Of a stretch of DNA of 32,000 bases, positions 18,956-26,846 are shown piece after piece (the first letter of the stretch is position 1; every line of letters begins with the position of its first letter). Location of the stretch: sequence record NC_049977.1; one strand, 5' to 3'. The notes beneath the pieces were generated by a model that was not told the origin of the DNA, made no database searches, and saw only the letters and a list, made by a program, of their open reading frames with translations. A program made the position numbers and the translations under genes. This stretch comes from Bacteroides phage crAss001.

Positions 18956-19382
18956 CTTTAATAATTTGAATAAATTCTAAGAGTTGTTTCTTAGTAAAGA
19001 CCTCAAAGATAAGATAATTTTCTTTATCTGGCAAATTCTCTATATGCCATCTAAATAACTTGAACTTATAAGGAAAAACATCATTTGTTTGCCCCTTTAC
19101 TTCAATAATTATCTTTAAGCCTTGATACTCCATGTAGAAATCTGGGGTATAAGTAATATTAATTAGCTTCTTAAGGTTTAGTATTGTAGCCTTAGCTTTA
19201 TTACGGGTGTAAAAAGGTACAGTAGGTCTAAATCCTTCCCAGATTGTATAAGTATGGGTTTCATATTCAGGTTCAAACCCATGTTGAAGCAAGGTCCTAT
19301 AGACCATTGCCTCAATTCTGGATTTAAACTTTATATTACCATACACTTCTGGAGTGGCATTCCTAATTCTCCTGTTTTCCAC
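18903..19382 (-). CDS. PD-(D/E)XK superfamily endonuclease (DUF1064/resolvase-like)
   Basis: KFKSRIEAMVYRTLLQHGFEPEYETHTY, YTPDFYMEYQGLKIIIEVKG (PD...ExK). Confidence 0.75.
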   Translation of the reverse strand: MENRRIRNATPEVYGNIKFKSRIEAMVYRTLLQHGFEPEYETHTYTIWEGFRPTVPFYTRNKAKATILNLKKLINITYTPDFYMEYQGLKIIIEVKGQTNDVFPYKFKLFRWHIENLPDKENYLIFEVFTKKQLLEFIQIIKDESHRKNEEIAQQFTQE

Positions 19383-19902
19383 CTCTCTTAAATAATTGTT
19401 TCATAGGGTCTCTCAAAATATGTTTAGCTGCAAGAGCATCATCCAATGTCCTGAATGCAGCAAAATTCTTGAAGTTCTTGACTTTATTCAAGTCCTTGAC
19501 CTTTGTTATCTCTCCACTGAGGCAACTAATGATATAAATCTCCTTACTGTTCTCAATATGGTTATCATACTTTTCATCAAGTACAATAGCTACTTCCCTC
19601 AACAAAATTGAGAATACAGCAGCAGGATAGATTGTATATAGATTCCCAAGGTACTTTCTCAGATTATCCACATTCCAATGAATCCTCTTTGCAAGGTGTT
19701 CCAAATAGAAATTAGGGTCTATATGAGTTCCTTCCTCTTCTACTTCTTTGATTACACCTTCCTTAATAAGAAATGGAATACTTTCCTCACAGACAATTAC
19801 AGTATATAATGGCATGAAACCATAAGCACTGTTCATCCCAAAGGCAAGTGTCTTACCCATTTCTACTTCCTTGCCAGTCTCCACAAAAATAAGTTTCTTC
19901 AT
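19363..19902 (-). CDS. Hypothetical protein (179 aa)
   Basis: Intact ORF with 17-nt poly(A) leader. Confidence 0.65.
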   Translation of the reverse strand: MKKLIFVETGKEVEMGKTLAFGMNSAYGFMPLYTVIVCEESIPFLIKEGVIKEVEEEGTHIDPNFYLEHLAKRIHWNVDNLRKYLGNLYTIYPAAVFSILLREVAIVLDEKYDNHIENSKEIYIISCLSGEITKVKDLNKVKNFKNFAAFRTLDDALAAKHILRDPMKQLFKRGGKQEN

Positions 19903-19904
19903 AC

Positions 19905-19921
19905 TTTTTTTTTTTTTTTTT
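19905..19921 (-). promoter_or_regulatory. Poly(A) leader (A17 on coding strand) immediately before the 19902 start
   Basis: 17-nt T run on + strand adjacent to the CAT start codon complement. Confidence 0.5.
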
Positions 19922-19926
19922 GTAAA

Positions 19927-20592
19927 TTAATACTCTGTAAACCAGATAACTGGTTCACCATATTTTTCTTTAGTTAATTTGCTTACTTCTTGAAATACAG
20001 TAGATGGCATCCTTTCCTCTTGTCTTGCATAGTATGCAGGATGCTTCTCTTCCAGTATTATATTGGTATTCTTATTGATATAAGGCTTAAGTGTCTTAGC
20101 CTGTTCACCAAATAGAACATATATAATACCTGTCTGCCACTCTGATAGATTCTTTAGTAACTTGGTCATGAAAGGTCTCCACATCATTGTATGGCTACCT
20201 ACCTTATTCATTTCACAAGTCAGTGCAGAATTAATCATTAGTACCCCTTGCTTAGCCCAACTCTCTAAAGTGGGGTCAAAGATAATACTATTATGTGGAA
20301 CTTCAAAATCAATGCAAGCCTCTTTAACTATTTCAAGAGAAGGAGACAACTTAGTCCCCTCCTTGTTCCCAAATAGGACACCAGTAGCCACATCCTTTTG
20401 TGGATATGGGTCTTGTCCTATCATTACAACTTTGAGATTATTGTAGGGGCATAGATTAAAAGCCTTAAATATATCAGGATATGCAGGACAAAGTAAGTCT
20501 CTTTTAATCAAACTTACCTGCCCTACTACCTTATTTAATTCCTTTATATCTATAACCCTTACCCATCCACCAAAATATTCCTCAAATGTCAT
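19927..20592 (-). CDS. ung: Family 1-like uracil-DNA glycosylase
   Basis: KVVMIGQDPYPQKDVATGVLFGN, WAKQGVLMINSALTCE, YVLFGEQAKTLK, HPAYYAR. Confidence 0.9.
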   Translation of the reverse strand: MTFEEYFGGWVRVIDIKELNKVVGQVSLIKRDLLCPAYPDIFKAFNLCPYNNLKVVMIGQDPYPQKDVATGVLFGNKEGTKLSPSLEIVKEACIDFEVPHNSIIFDPTLESWAKQGVLMINSALTCEMNKVGSHTMMWRPFMTKLLKNLSEWQTGIIYVLFGEQAKTLKPYINKNTNIILEEKHPAYYARQEERMPSTVFQEVSKLTKEKYGEPVIWFTEY

Positions 20593-21394
20593 TATATATA
20601 TAGGTCATTTGTACAACCTTATCAAGATTCTCCAGAAGGTAATCATTCATAGCATCATTGTTGAATGTAGAGGGAGTTGGCTTTTTAGGTCTTACTATAA
20701 ACCTGTCAGTCACATCAGCTACTATTATCTCAGGTAATGGTTTAGTTACTTGAGTAACCCAGCTATTTGAGCTTCTTATAGAAGTATTAATCTCCTGAGC
20801 AGTAACACCAATATTGTTTGTATCTACCATGATACCCTCCTGTACAAATGCAGGAATGACTGTCTTAATAATACCCTTTTCAACTATACCATTACTTACA
20901 AAGACCTTTGGATTCACATAGATTCTACCAGTTTTGTAGTGTAGAATTCTATCCTCCATAACCCCATGAAGTGTATATAGTATTAATAAGTTATAATCTT
21001 TGTCAAGGATATAACCATTACCACCATAATACACCTCACCAGTGTTAGTTGTTATCTTCATAAGCCTATCTCTTCTATCATTCATCTGGAATGTCTTGAA
21101 GATTGCATTTGCAGTTCTTCTTGATTGGGAATAACTATTCCCAAATAAAGCAACAGCCACTTCTTTCAAATTATTAGGATGATTGTAGTTACTCAATAAC
21201 CCCTCCTCAACCCTATACTTGCACATTAATGGAACATCAATCTCTGGTCCACTAATATCTACTCTTAAGAACAGATTGAACACATTATTGTTTTCAAATG
21301 CAAGATTAGGTTTAATATAGTTTGGGGATTGAATATCACCCCTATTCAAGAATATATCATGAAGTTGCCTATTTAATTGTACACTTATTGCCAT
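20582..21394 (-). CDS. Uncharacterised Ubl-cassette partner (possible PRTRC protein B-like)
   Basis: 270 aa; shares one nucleotide with the E1-like ORF. Contains LLILYTLHGVMEDRILHYKTGRIYVNPKVFVSNGIVEKGIIKTVIPAF, loosely like the region of PRTRC protein B. Position is the main support. Confidence 0.5.
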   Translation of the reverse strand: MAISVQLNRQLHDIFLNRGDIQSPNYIKPNLAFENNNVFNLFLRVDISGPEIDVPLMCKYRVEEGLLSNYNHPNNLKEVAVALFGNSYSQSRRTANAIFKTFQMNDRRDRLMKITTNTGEVYYGGNGYILDKDYNLLILYTLHGVMEDRILHYKTGRIYVNPKVFVSNGIVEKGIIKTVIPAFVQEGIMVDTNNIGVTAQEINTSIRSSNSWVTQVTKPLPEIIVADVTDRFIVRPKKPTPSTFNNDAMNDYLLENLDKVVQMTYIYNDI

Positions 21395-22551
21395 TACATT
21401 TCTACTTTAAAGTACATTGTATCAGCAGAATATTGAGTCATAAAAGGCACATCCCTATCTATAATAGGGTTACATTCATTAGCCACGAAGTTTACAAATA
21501 GATTAACCATTACTGATGCAATCATATTTGCCATAAAGGTTGTCTGTTTATAGCTACAGATAGTTTCATCTGCCACTGCATCACTAAACAACCATCTATT
21601 CTTATATTCAACTATAGCTCTTTCATCATTGCCTTGAATAGCAAAGACTTGAAATTCTTCTGCTGCCAACCTACCATCAATGAATAAACATTTAGACCTA
21701 TCTCCCTCAGGTTTATTACCTACATGCTCAAACCATTTATCAAAGAACAGTTTCCTTGCTTCCATGTTATCAAAGCCACAAATCATAATATCTGTAGCTT
21801 CGCTCTCATCAGTAAACCTTTCTTGATATGCTACACTATTATAGTAGTTTGCATATACCTGCAACATCCTATGAAGGGAGCTGACCTTTGCTTGTCCTAA
21901 ATCTTGACTACCATACAATTGACCAGACATGTTAGCCTGTTCAACTATATCTGGGTCATATAAATATAGTCCAGCAGGTTTTAGTCTTGCAAGTAGGAAA
22001 CCAACATAACTTCCTATACCACCTACACCAGCTAATGTAATAGTCTTAGACTGAATGGCACTATACCAGATAGCTCCACTGAATCTACTTGTAGCTTCAT
22101 CCACAAGCAAACTACCTGAATTAGGTGGAATCACCACTTCCTCAGCAGCTAATGCAGCTTCAAGTAATGCTTCCCCTTGTTCATCAATTTCTACAGGAGC
22201 ATCCTCAGTATTCTGAGCATCATGCAACAGATTAGACCCATCCAATGTTACTACAAGAGTTACAGGAAGCATGGGAGTTTCCATGCTCACTGCACCAATA
22301 GTCACTAAATAAGCACCACTTACATGTTGCTCTTCATGAATAATTTCCCATCCACCACTTTGCAATAGAGCAATTGCTGAATTTAACTCAGAAGCAGGGC
22401 TATACATTAAGTTCTCTTCTGGAGCATAGGTACTCCCTCCTACAATTGCAGTTTGAATGATGATGCCATCAGGATGTCCCAGACCTGCTGTTTCTGCATC
22501 TATAGTCATTTGACTTATAGCACTTTCTAATACTTCATCTTCCATAATCAA
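21394..22551 (-). CDS. ThiF/E1-like adenylyltransferase with ~165 aa N-terminal extension
   Basis: ITLAGVGGIGSYVGFLLA (GxGGxG), LYLYDPDIVEQANMSGQLYGSQDLGQAKV (D-x-D-x-V-E-x-x-N), MICGFDNMEAR, DETICSYKQTTFMANMIAS. Confidence 0.88.
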   Translation of the reverse strand: MIMEDEVLESAISQMTIDAETAGLGHPDGIIIQTAIVGGSTYAPEENLMYSPASELNSAIALLQSGGWEIIHEEQHVSGAYLVTIGAVSMETPMLPVTLVVTLDGSNLLHDAQNTEDAPVEIDEQGEALLEAALAAEEVVIPPNSGSLLVDEATSRFSGAIWYSAIQSKTITLAGVGGIGSYVGFLLARLKPAGLYLYDPDIVEQANMSGQLYGSQDLGQAKVSSLHRMLQVYANYYNSVAYQERFTDESEATDIMICGFDNMEARKLFFDKWFEHVGNKPEGDRSKCLFIDGRLAAEEFQVFAIQGNDERAIVEYKNRWLFSDAVADETICSYKQTTFMANMIASVMVNLFVNFVANECNPIIDRDVPFMTQYSADTMYFKVEM

Positions 22552-23798
22552 ATAATATAATCATCCATTAATTTGATATAAACACTTAACCAAGGATTCT
22601 TTGGTAATTTCTCAAGTTCTTCCCTTACATCATGTGCCAGTAATGCAGCCATAGTGGAATCATCATTATTAATTACTGCCATAACATCTCCATCATAGGT
22701 ATAATTAATAAGATAATCTACATAGTTTGATGCAAAGTATTCAAACTCTTTGACAGTTCCAAATCTCCTTCTATAAAGACTCTCCATAGAATTAGCCCAC
22801 TTCTTCACATCAACCGCACTTTCATTTGAAATGATGATACTTGATGTAACAAGTTGTCTTACAATAGATTGAACTATATCTGCATCTACTGTCACTACAC
22901 CATAAGGAATGTCCAGATTCTCTTCCTCAGGTTGTTCAAAAGGCAACTCACCTTGTTTAACAGGTATCTCTTTAACTTCTTTAGCTTTATACCAGCCTCT
23001 TCCTTCTTCCCCATAATATTTTTCTCTTTCCATAGGAAATGTACTCCCCACCTCCTTGGCTGGGGTAATATTCTTCCCATAATTATCATATTGGGAATAA
23101 TAATTTCTGCCTTTATACACAGGAACTACAATTTTCTTCTTAGACTCTTTGATTTCCTTGATTCTTTCCATCATTTCAGTCTCAAAGTCATTAGTTGCAT
23201 TCTCAAATACTATATCCAAATTGAACCATTCAAGTTTCTCTTCTTCAATATCAAAGGTCTCTACTCCCTCCTTCACTTCACCATTCCAAGTAGGATAAGT
23301 GTATTTCTCAGATACAGTCTGTACACATTTGTACTTTCTTGTAACACCAGCAGTATATTTACCTGCATTATTTACAATCAAGGATACAAAGTGAGCCATA
23401 TCATTACCTTCTGCACTTAGAGTTGCTGTATCAGTACCACTAAAGAAAGTAGCCATATTATTATGGCTATGGATTAATCCTTGATATATCCCCTCTTCCA
23501 ATAATTCAGGATGGTCTACCATATATGTAGCCATATCAGGAGATACATTGAACTCAGTATATGTACTTGAACCAATGTCCATTTGGAACAAATCCACACA
23601 TCTGATAGTTAGGGATTTATCTTCAAAAGCTCCCTCAACTTTATAGAACAAGACACCTGACCATTCTACATCCCAGATGTTCTTGCATAAAAATCTTATC
23701 TTTTTCTCAACCTCTGCTGGAATGACAATCTTAAATATATCCTGTCTGTGGACTAATTCCAGTACTGGTTTCACTTCTTTCTTCTCTTCCATATCCAT
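22548..23798 (-). CDS. JAB/JAMM (MPN+) metallopeptidase
   Basis: VEWSGVLFY (E45) and LIHSHNNMATFFSGTDTATL: H110-x-H112-x7-S120-x2-D123, a complete JAMM signature; ORF overlaps the E1-like gene by 4 nt. Confidence 0.9.
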   Translation of the reverse strand: MDMEEKKEVKPVLELVHRQDIFKIVIPAEVEKKIRFLCKNIWDVEWSGVLFYKVEGAFEDKSLTIRCVDLFQMDIGSSTYTEFNVSPDMATYMVDHPELLEEGIYQGLIHSHNNMATFFSGTDTATLSAEGNDMAHFVSLIVNNAGKYTAGVTRKYKCVQTVSEKYTYPTWNGEVKEGVETFDIEEEKLEWFNLDIVFENATNDFETEMMERIKEIKESKKKIVVPVYKGRNYYSQYDNYGKNITPAKEVGSTFPMEREKYYGEEGRGWYKAKEVKEIPVKQGELPFEQPEEENLDIPYGVVTVDADIVQSIVRQLVTSSIIISNESAVDVKKWANSMESLYRRRFGTVKEFEYFASNYVDYLINYTYDGDVMAVINNDDSTMAALLAHDVREELEKLPKNPWLSVYIKLMDDYII

Positions 23799-25065
23799 AA
23801 TTTAATATTCTCAACATGCTACAAACAATAGCTTCAATATATTGTAAATTCAGTATCCTTGTTCTATTAAGAGATTCCTCCTCTGAGGATAGTACCCCAT
23901 CAATAGTCAAGGTAATCTCTCTACCTTTGAATGTACAGATTTTCTTTCCTACATATCTCTGATAGTCATCACTACTATTCCTTCTTACTGGTTTTGGTAT
24001 ATAGACTTTACCATTAGTTATGATACATTCATTGATAACACCTATACTAACAAGGTCAGCATAACTAATGTTAAAAGTATGCTTATTGTATTCAGTATTA
24101 TACCAGCTAATAAATTCATTACTGATAAGAACCACTGTATCAATGAAGGACATTCCTATCCCATAACTTCCATTACTATAGTTGAACCTAATCTTCTTAG
24201 TCTCCAGAAGGTATTTAATGAATAGCTTGAATTGCTCTATTCCAAAGGCACTATTCCAAGGAACTACACCTCTAAGGGATTGCATAGAGAATTTATCTTT
24301 AGCATCTCCCATCTCTGGTGCAAGAATATTCTCAAGCCTATGGTAGGGAACTCCATTAATAGATTCTACTCTTACATACCTGTCAAGCTCCAGACATAAT
24401 AACTGCCAAATGGCTTCATCATATCCTATAGCTAATGTAGAAATAGAAGAATTGATAGGTCCTCTACCAGTACAAGGTGTCTGGAAGTTCTCAAAGTTAT
24501 TTATTGGAATAGAAGATACATGACTGTGCATATACCCACACTTGAATTGGTTTAGTGGGTAATTAGACCTGTTCACTCCAAAATATCCCTTACCTTTTCC
24601 CATCCAATTGAAAGGAACTTTAAGCCATAACTCCTTAATATCTACATACTTATCATATTCATTTGTAATCCTTACTGTGGGAAAATAAATAAGAATGAAT
24701 AAGTTATTGAACATAGTATTAGCAATCTTCTCTTTTATTATTGGCAAGAAATATTTAGCCAATGCAGAGTCACTTACAACAGTTTCATTATTAGCACCTT
24801 CTGCTGTCCAAAAGAGATTTACTAAGTCTCGGTCCTCTTTATTCATATTTTGGTAAGCAGAAGAATCTACTATATTACTCCATTCCATAAATGTTCCCAA
24901 GGGGGTTCCACTAAGATATGTATATAATTCATCCTCAGTAAGAAAACCCTGCATTTCTACTCTTCCCTCACCAAAAAAGTCTCGAAAGAACTGTAGGATT
25001 TGATTTGGTCTTTCCATGATACTATTATGTAGTTCATGGACTTGTTTCTTTATTTCTTCGGTCAT
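23731..25065 (-). CDS. Candidate prokaryotic E2-like (UBC-fold) protein
   Basis: 444 aa between the Ubl and JAMM genes. Segment LFILIYFPTVRI...GYMHSHVSSIPINNFENFQTPCTGRGPI (H180, H182, C198) resembles the strand-His-Cys layout of E2-like proteins. No database comparison made. Confidence 0.42.
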   Translation of the reverse strand: MTEEIKKQVHELHNSIMERPNQILQFFRDFFGEGRVEMQGFLTEDELYTYLSGTPLGTFMEWSNIVDSSAYQNMNKEDRDLVNLFWTAEGANNETVVSDSALAKYFLPIIKEKIANTMFNNLFILIYFPTVRITNEYDKYVDIKELWLKVPFNWMGKGKGYFGVNRSNYPLNQFKCGYMHSHVSSIPINNFENFQTPCTGRGPINSSISTLAIGYDEAIWQLLCLELDRYVRVESINGVPYHRLENILAPEMGDAKDKFSMQSLRGVVPWNSAFGIEQFKLFIKYLLETKKIRFNYSNGSYGIGMSFIDTVVLISNEFISWYNTEYNKHTFNISYADLVSIGVINECIITNGKVYIPKPVRRNSSDDYQRYVGKKICTFKGREITLTIDGVLSSEEESLNRTRILNLQYIEAIVCSMLRILNYGYGREERSETSTGISPQTGYI

Positions 25066-25073
25066 TGCATGAT

Positions 25074-25117
25074 AAAAAAAAATGAGGGGGAAGGCTTATT
25101 CAGCCTCCTCCCTCATT
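25074..25117 (-). terminator. Strong intrinsic terminator downstream of the Ubl gene
   Basis: Minus strand AATGAGGGAGGAGGCT-GAATA-AGCCTTCCCCCTCATT followed by T run: ~16-bp stem with one mismatch and one G-U, starting 10 nt after the stop at 25127. Confidence 0.88.
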
Positions 25118-25126
25118 GGTTTCTAC

Positions 25127-25804
25127 TTAATCAACAAAGTCAAACATCTTATTGATTTCAGACCTTGACATCTTTTCAGGTGCTTTGCAGATTGTACCTT
25201 TCAATACAGCCATAGCCCTGTTATAAGTATCTTCTTCCATGACATCACTGACATAGAGGTCTTCCAACAGAACTTCCAATGCACCCACAACATTACCCTC
25301 AGAAGTTGCAGTCACCACAGGTTTTTCTTCTTCCTTTTTGGTTTCTTTCACTTCTTTTGTAGCTTTCTCTTTCACAACTTCTTTCTTCTCCTCTTTTACA
25401 GGAGCACCTTCACCCAACAGGTCAATCAAGTCCTGAGTTTTACACATAGTGAAGTTCTTTCCGAATCTTTTCACACATTCATTCTGCAAGCCTCTTGCCT
25501 TGATTGCATTGTAGGCTTCTGCCCTTGACATTGCACCAGACTTGATTTTCTTCTCAGGTGCAGTCAGCAGGAATGTCAAATCATTTACTACCTGTCCTTT
25601 GTAAGGAATGTTGGTAGGAAGGATAGAAGCATCATCTTTCAATTCTGCTCTCAAATGACCTTCAAAGAATGTCATTCCTTCATATTCAATACCTGCTTCT
25701 CTCATTTCTCTTTTCAACTCACCCAGTGTAGTTGCAGCAGATGCCTGAATAACTTTTTGAGACTGAGTTTTGTTGTTGATGATGGTTACTTTTCTAAATT
25801 CCAT
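25127..25804 (-). CDS. Ubiquitin-like (prokaryotic Ubl/PRTRC protein C-like) N-terminal domain fused to a HeH/LEM-like motif and a Lys/Glu-rich linker
   Basis: Beta-grasp-like MEFRKVTIIN...VIQASAATTLGELKREMREAGI...LPTNIPYKGQVVNDLTFLLTAPEKKIKSG, then SRAEAYNAIKARGLQNECVKRFGKNFTMCKTQDLIDLL. Confidence 0.65.
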   Translation of the reverse strand: MEFRKVTIINNKTQSQKVIQASAATTLGELKREMREAGIEYEGMTFFEGHLRAELKDDASILPTNIPYKGQVVNDLTFLLTAPEKKIKSGAMSRAEAYNAIKARGLQNECVKRFGKNFTMCKTQDLIDLLGEGAPVKEEKKEVVKEKATKEVKETKKEEEKPVVTATSEGNVVGALEVLLEDLYVSDVMEEDTYNRAMAVLKGTICKAPEKMSRSEINKMFDFVD

Positions 25805-25830
25805 GATTTTTTTTTTTTAGTGATAAAACA

Positions 25831-26826
25831 TTACCTATTAAATAGGCTTAAAATTATTTCTCTGAATTGTTCTTTGTCTCCTATTGTTTTATAGAGGTCT
25901 GAGACATCTTTTCCTCCTTCAAAATGTGGCAATACTATATTAGTGAACCCAGTGGATGCTGATAGTTTCTCTCCATCTATGAGACCAGCTTTATCATTAT
26001 CCAATAAGATAAATACTTCCTTGTATCTTCTTTTGAGTTCATTAACAGCAGTATCACTGATACCATAACCCTCTCCTTGAATGGCTATAGCTGGTATTCC
26101 AGTGTTTGCCCATAGACATAAAGCATCTTTCATTGAAGAACAGATACATATCCTATCCCCAAATTCAGGTACTTTAGTCCATAAGCTAATTACTGACCTA
26201 TCATGTCTGTTGGACCACTTATATCCCTTCTGATTGAATGGTTGATATATCTTTAAAGTGACTTTCCCTTCCTTATATTCTACATAAGCATAAGCATATT
26301 TATCTGCTGGGAAGACCATTCTGGTTTCTCCTTTTATGATTATCTTGTAGGATATAGGATAAATGTCAGCATACTTCAACCACTCCAAAGTGATACCAAA
26401 TGAAGCCCAATACTCAAGGTCATACTCTCTCCATTCTCTTGTCTTACACTGTAAATCAAGGTTAGAACTGTACTCCTTAGTAGTGACAATCTTAGGTTTA
26501 CCTAATGCACTATAGCCATTAGTCTTAGTAATCTTGGATAAGTCCTCCCAAATATGTGCAAGCACATCATTGTAACTCTCCCCCCAATACTTACCTAATA
26601 AATCAAATGTCCCTCCTTTATCTTTTGTAGCCAAGTCTGTCCAATGTATCTTCTGACCATCTATGCTATAAAAACCAAAGGATGGATGGTTATCAGGTCT
26701 TAATGGACTTGATATAATACAGGGGACATTACTTACCCCAAAATAATGGTTCAGAATATCTAATTCTGATACCTTTGATAAAATCTCTTCTAATCTGATA
26801 TTAGGTTTACCAATACTAATAGCCAT
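25831..26826 (-). CDS. DnaG-type primase with Toprim domain
   Basis: ILNHYFGVSNVPCIISSPLRPDNHPSFGFY (degenerate zinc region), ICICSSMKDALCLWA and VFILLDNDKAG (Toprim DxD). Confidence 0.8.
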   Translation of the reverse strand: MAISIGKPNIRLEEILSKVSELDILNHYFGVSNVPCIISSPLRPDNHPSFGFYSIDGQKIHWTDLATKDKGGTFDLLGKYWGESYNDVLAHIWEDLSKITKTNGYSALGKPKIVTTKEYSSNLDLQCKTREWREYDLEYWASFGITLEWLKYADIYPISYKIIIKGETRMVFPADKYAYAYVEYKEGKVTLKIYQPFNQKGYKWSNRHDRSVISLWTKVPEFGDRICICSSMKDALCLWANTGIPAIAIQGEGYGISDTAVNELKRRYKEVFILLDNDKAGLIDGEKLSASTGFTNIVLPHFEGGKDVSDLYKTIGDKEQFREIILSLFNR

Positions 26827-26846
26827 AGTTCTAAATCTTTATATTA

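Noticed and set aside
21394-22551. Interpretation of the ThiF protein as ordinary thiamine/molybdopterin biosynthesis
   Set aside because: No ThiS/MoaD with a terminal GG, ThiG, MoaE or other cofactor genes nearby; context is a JAMM peptidase and Ubl-domain protein.
22895-23089. Minus-strand 64 aa ORF within the JAMM gene
   Set aside because: Fully nested in another frame of a strong same-strand gene; no start context or motif. The same applies to 28469..28723.
22548-23798. Interpretation of the JAMM protein as a RadC-type or tail-assembly (lambda K-like) protein
   Set aside because: The neighbours are E1-like and Ubl-like rather than tail genes, and no NlpC/P60 or HhH-RadC features are visible.
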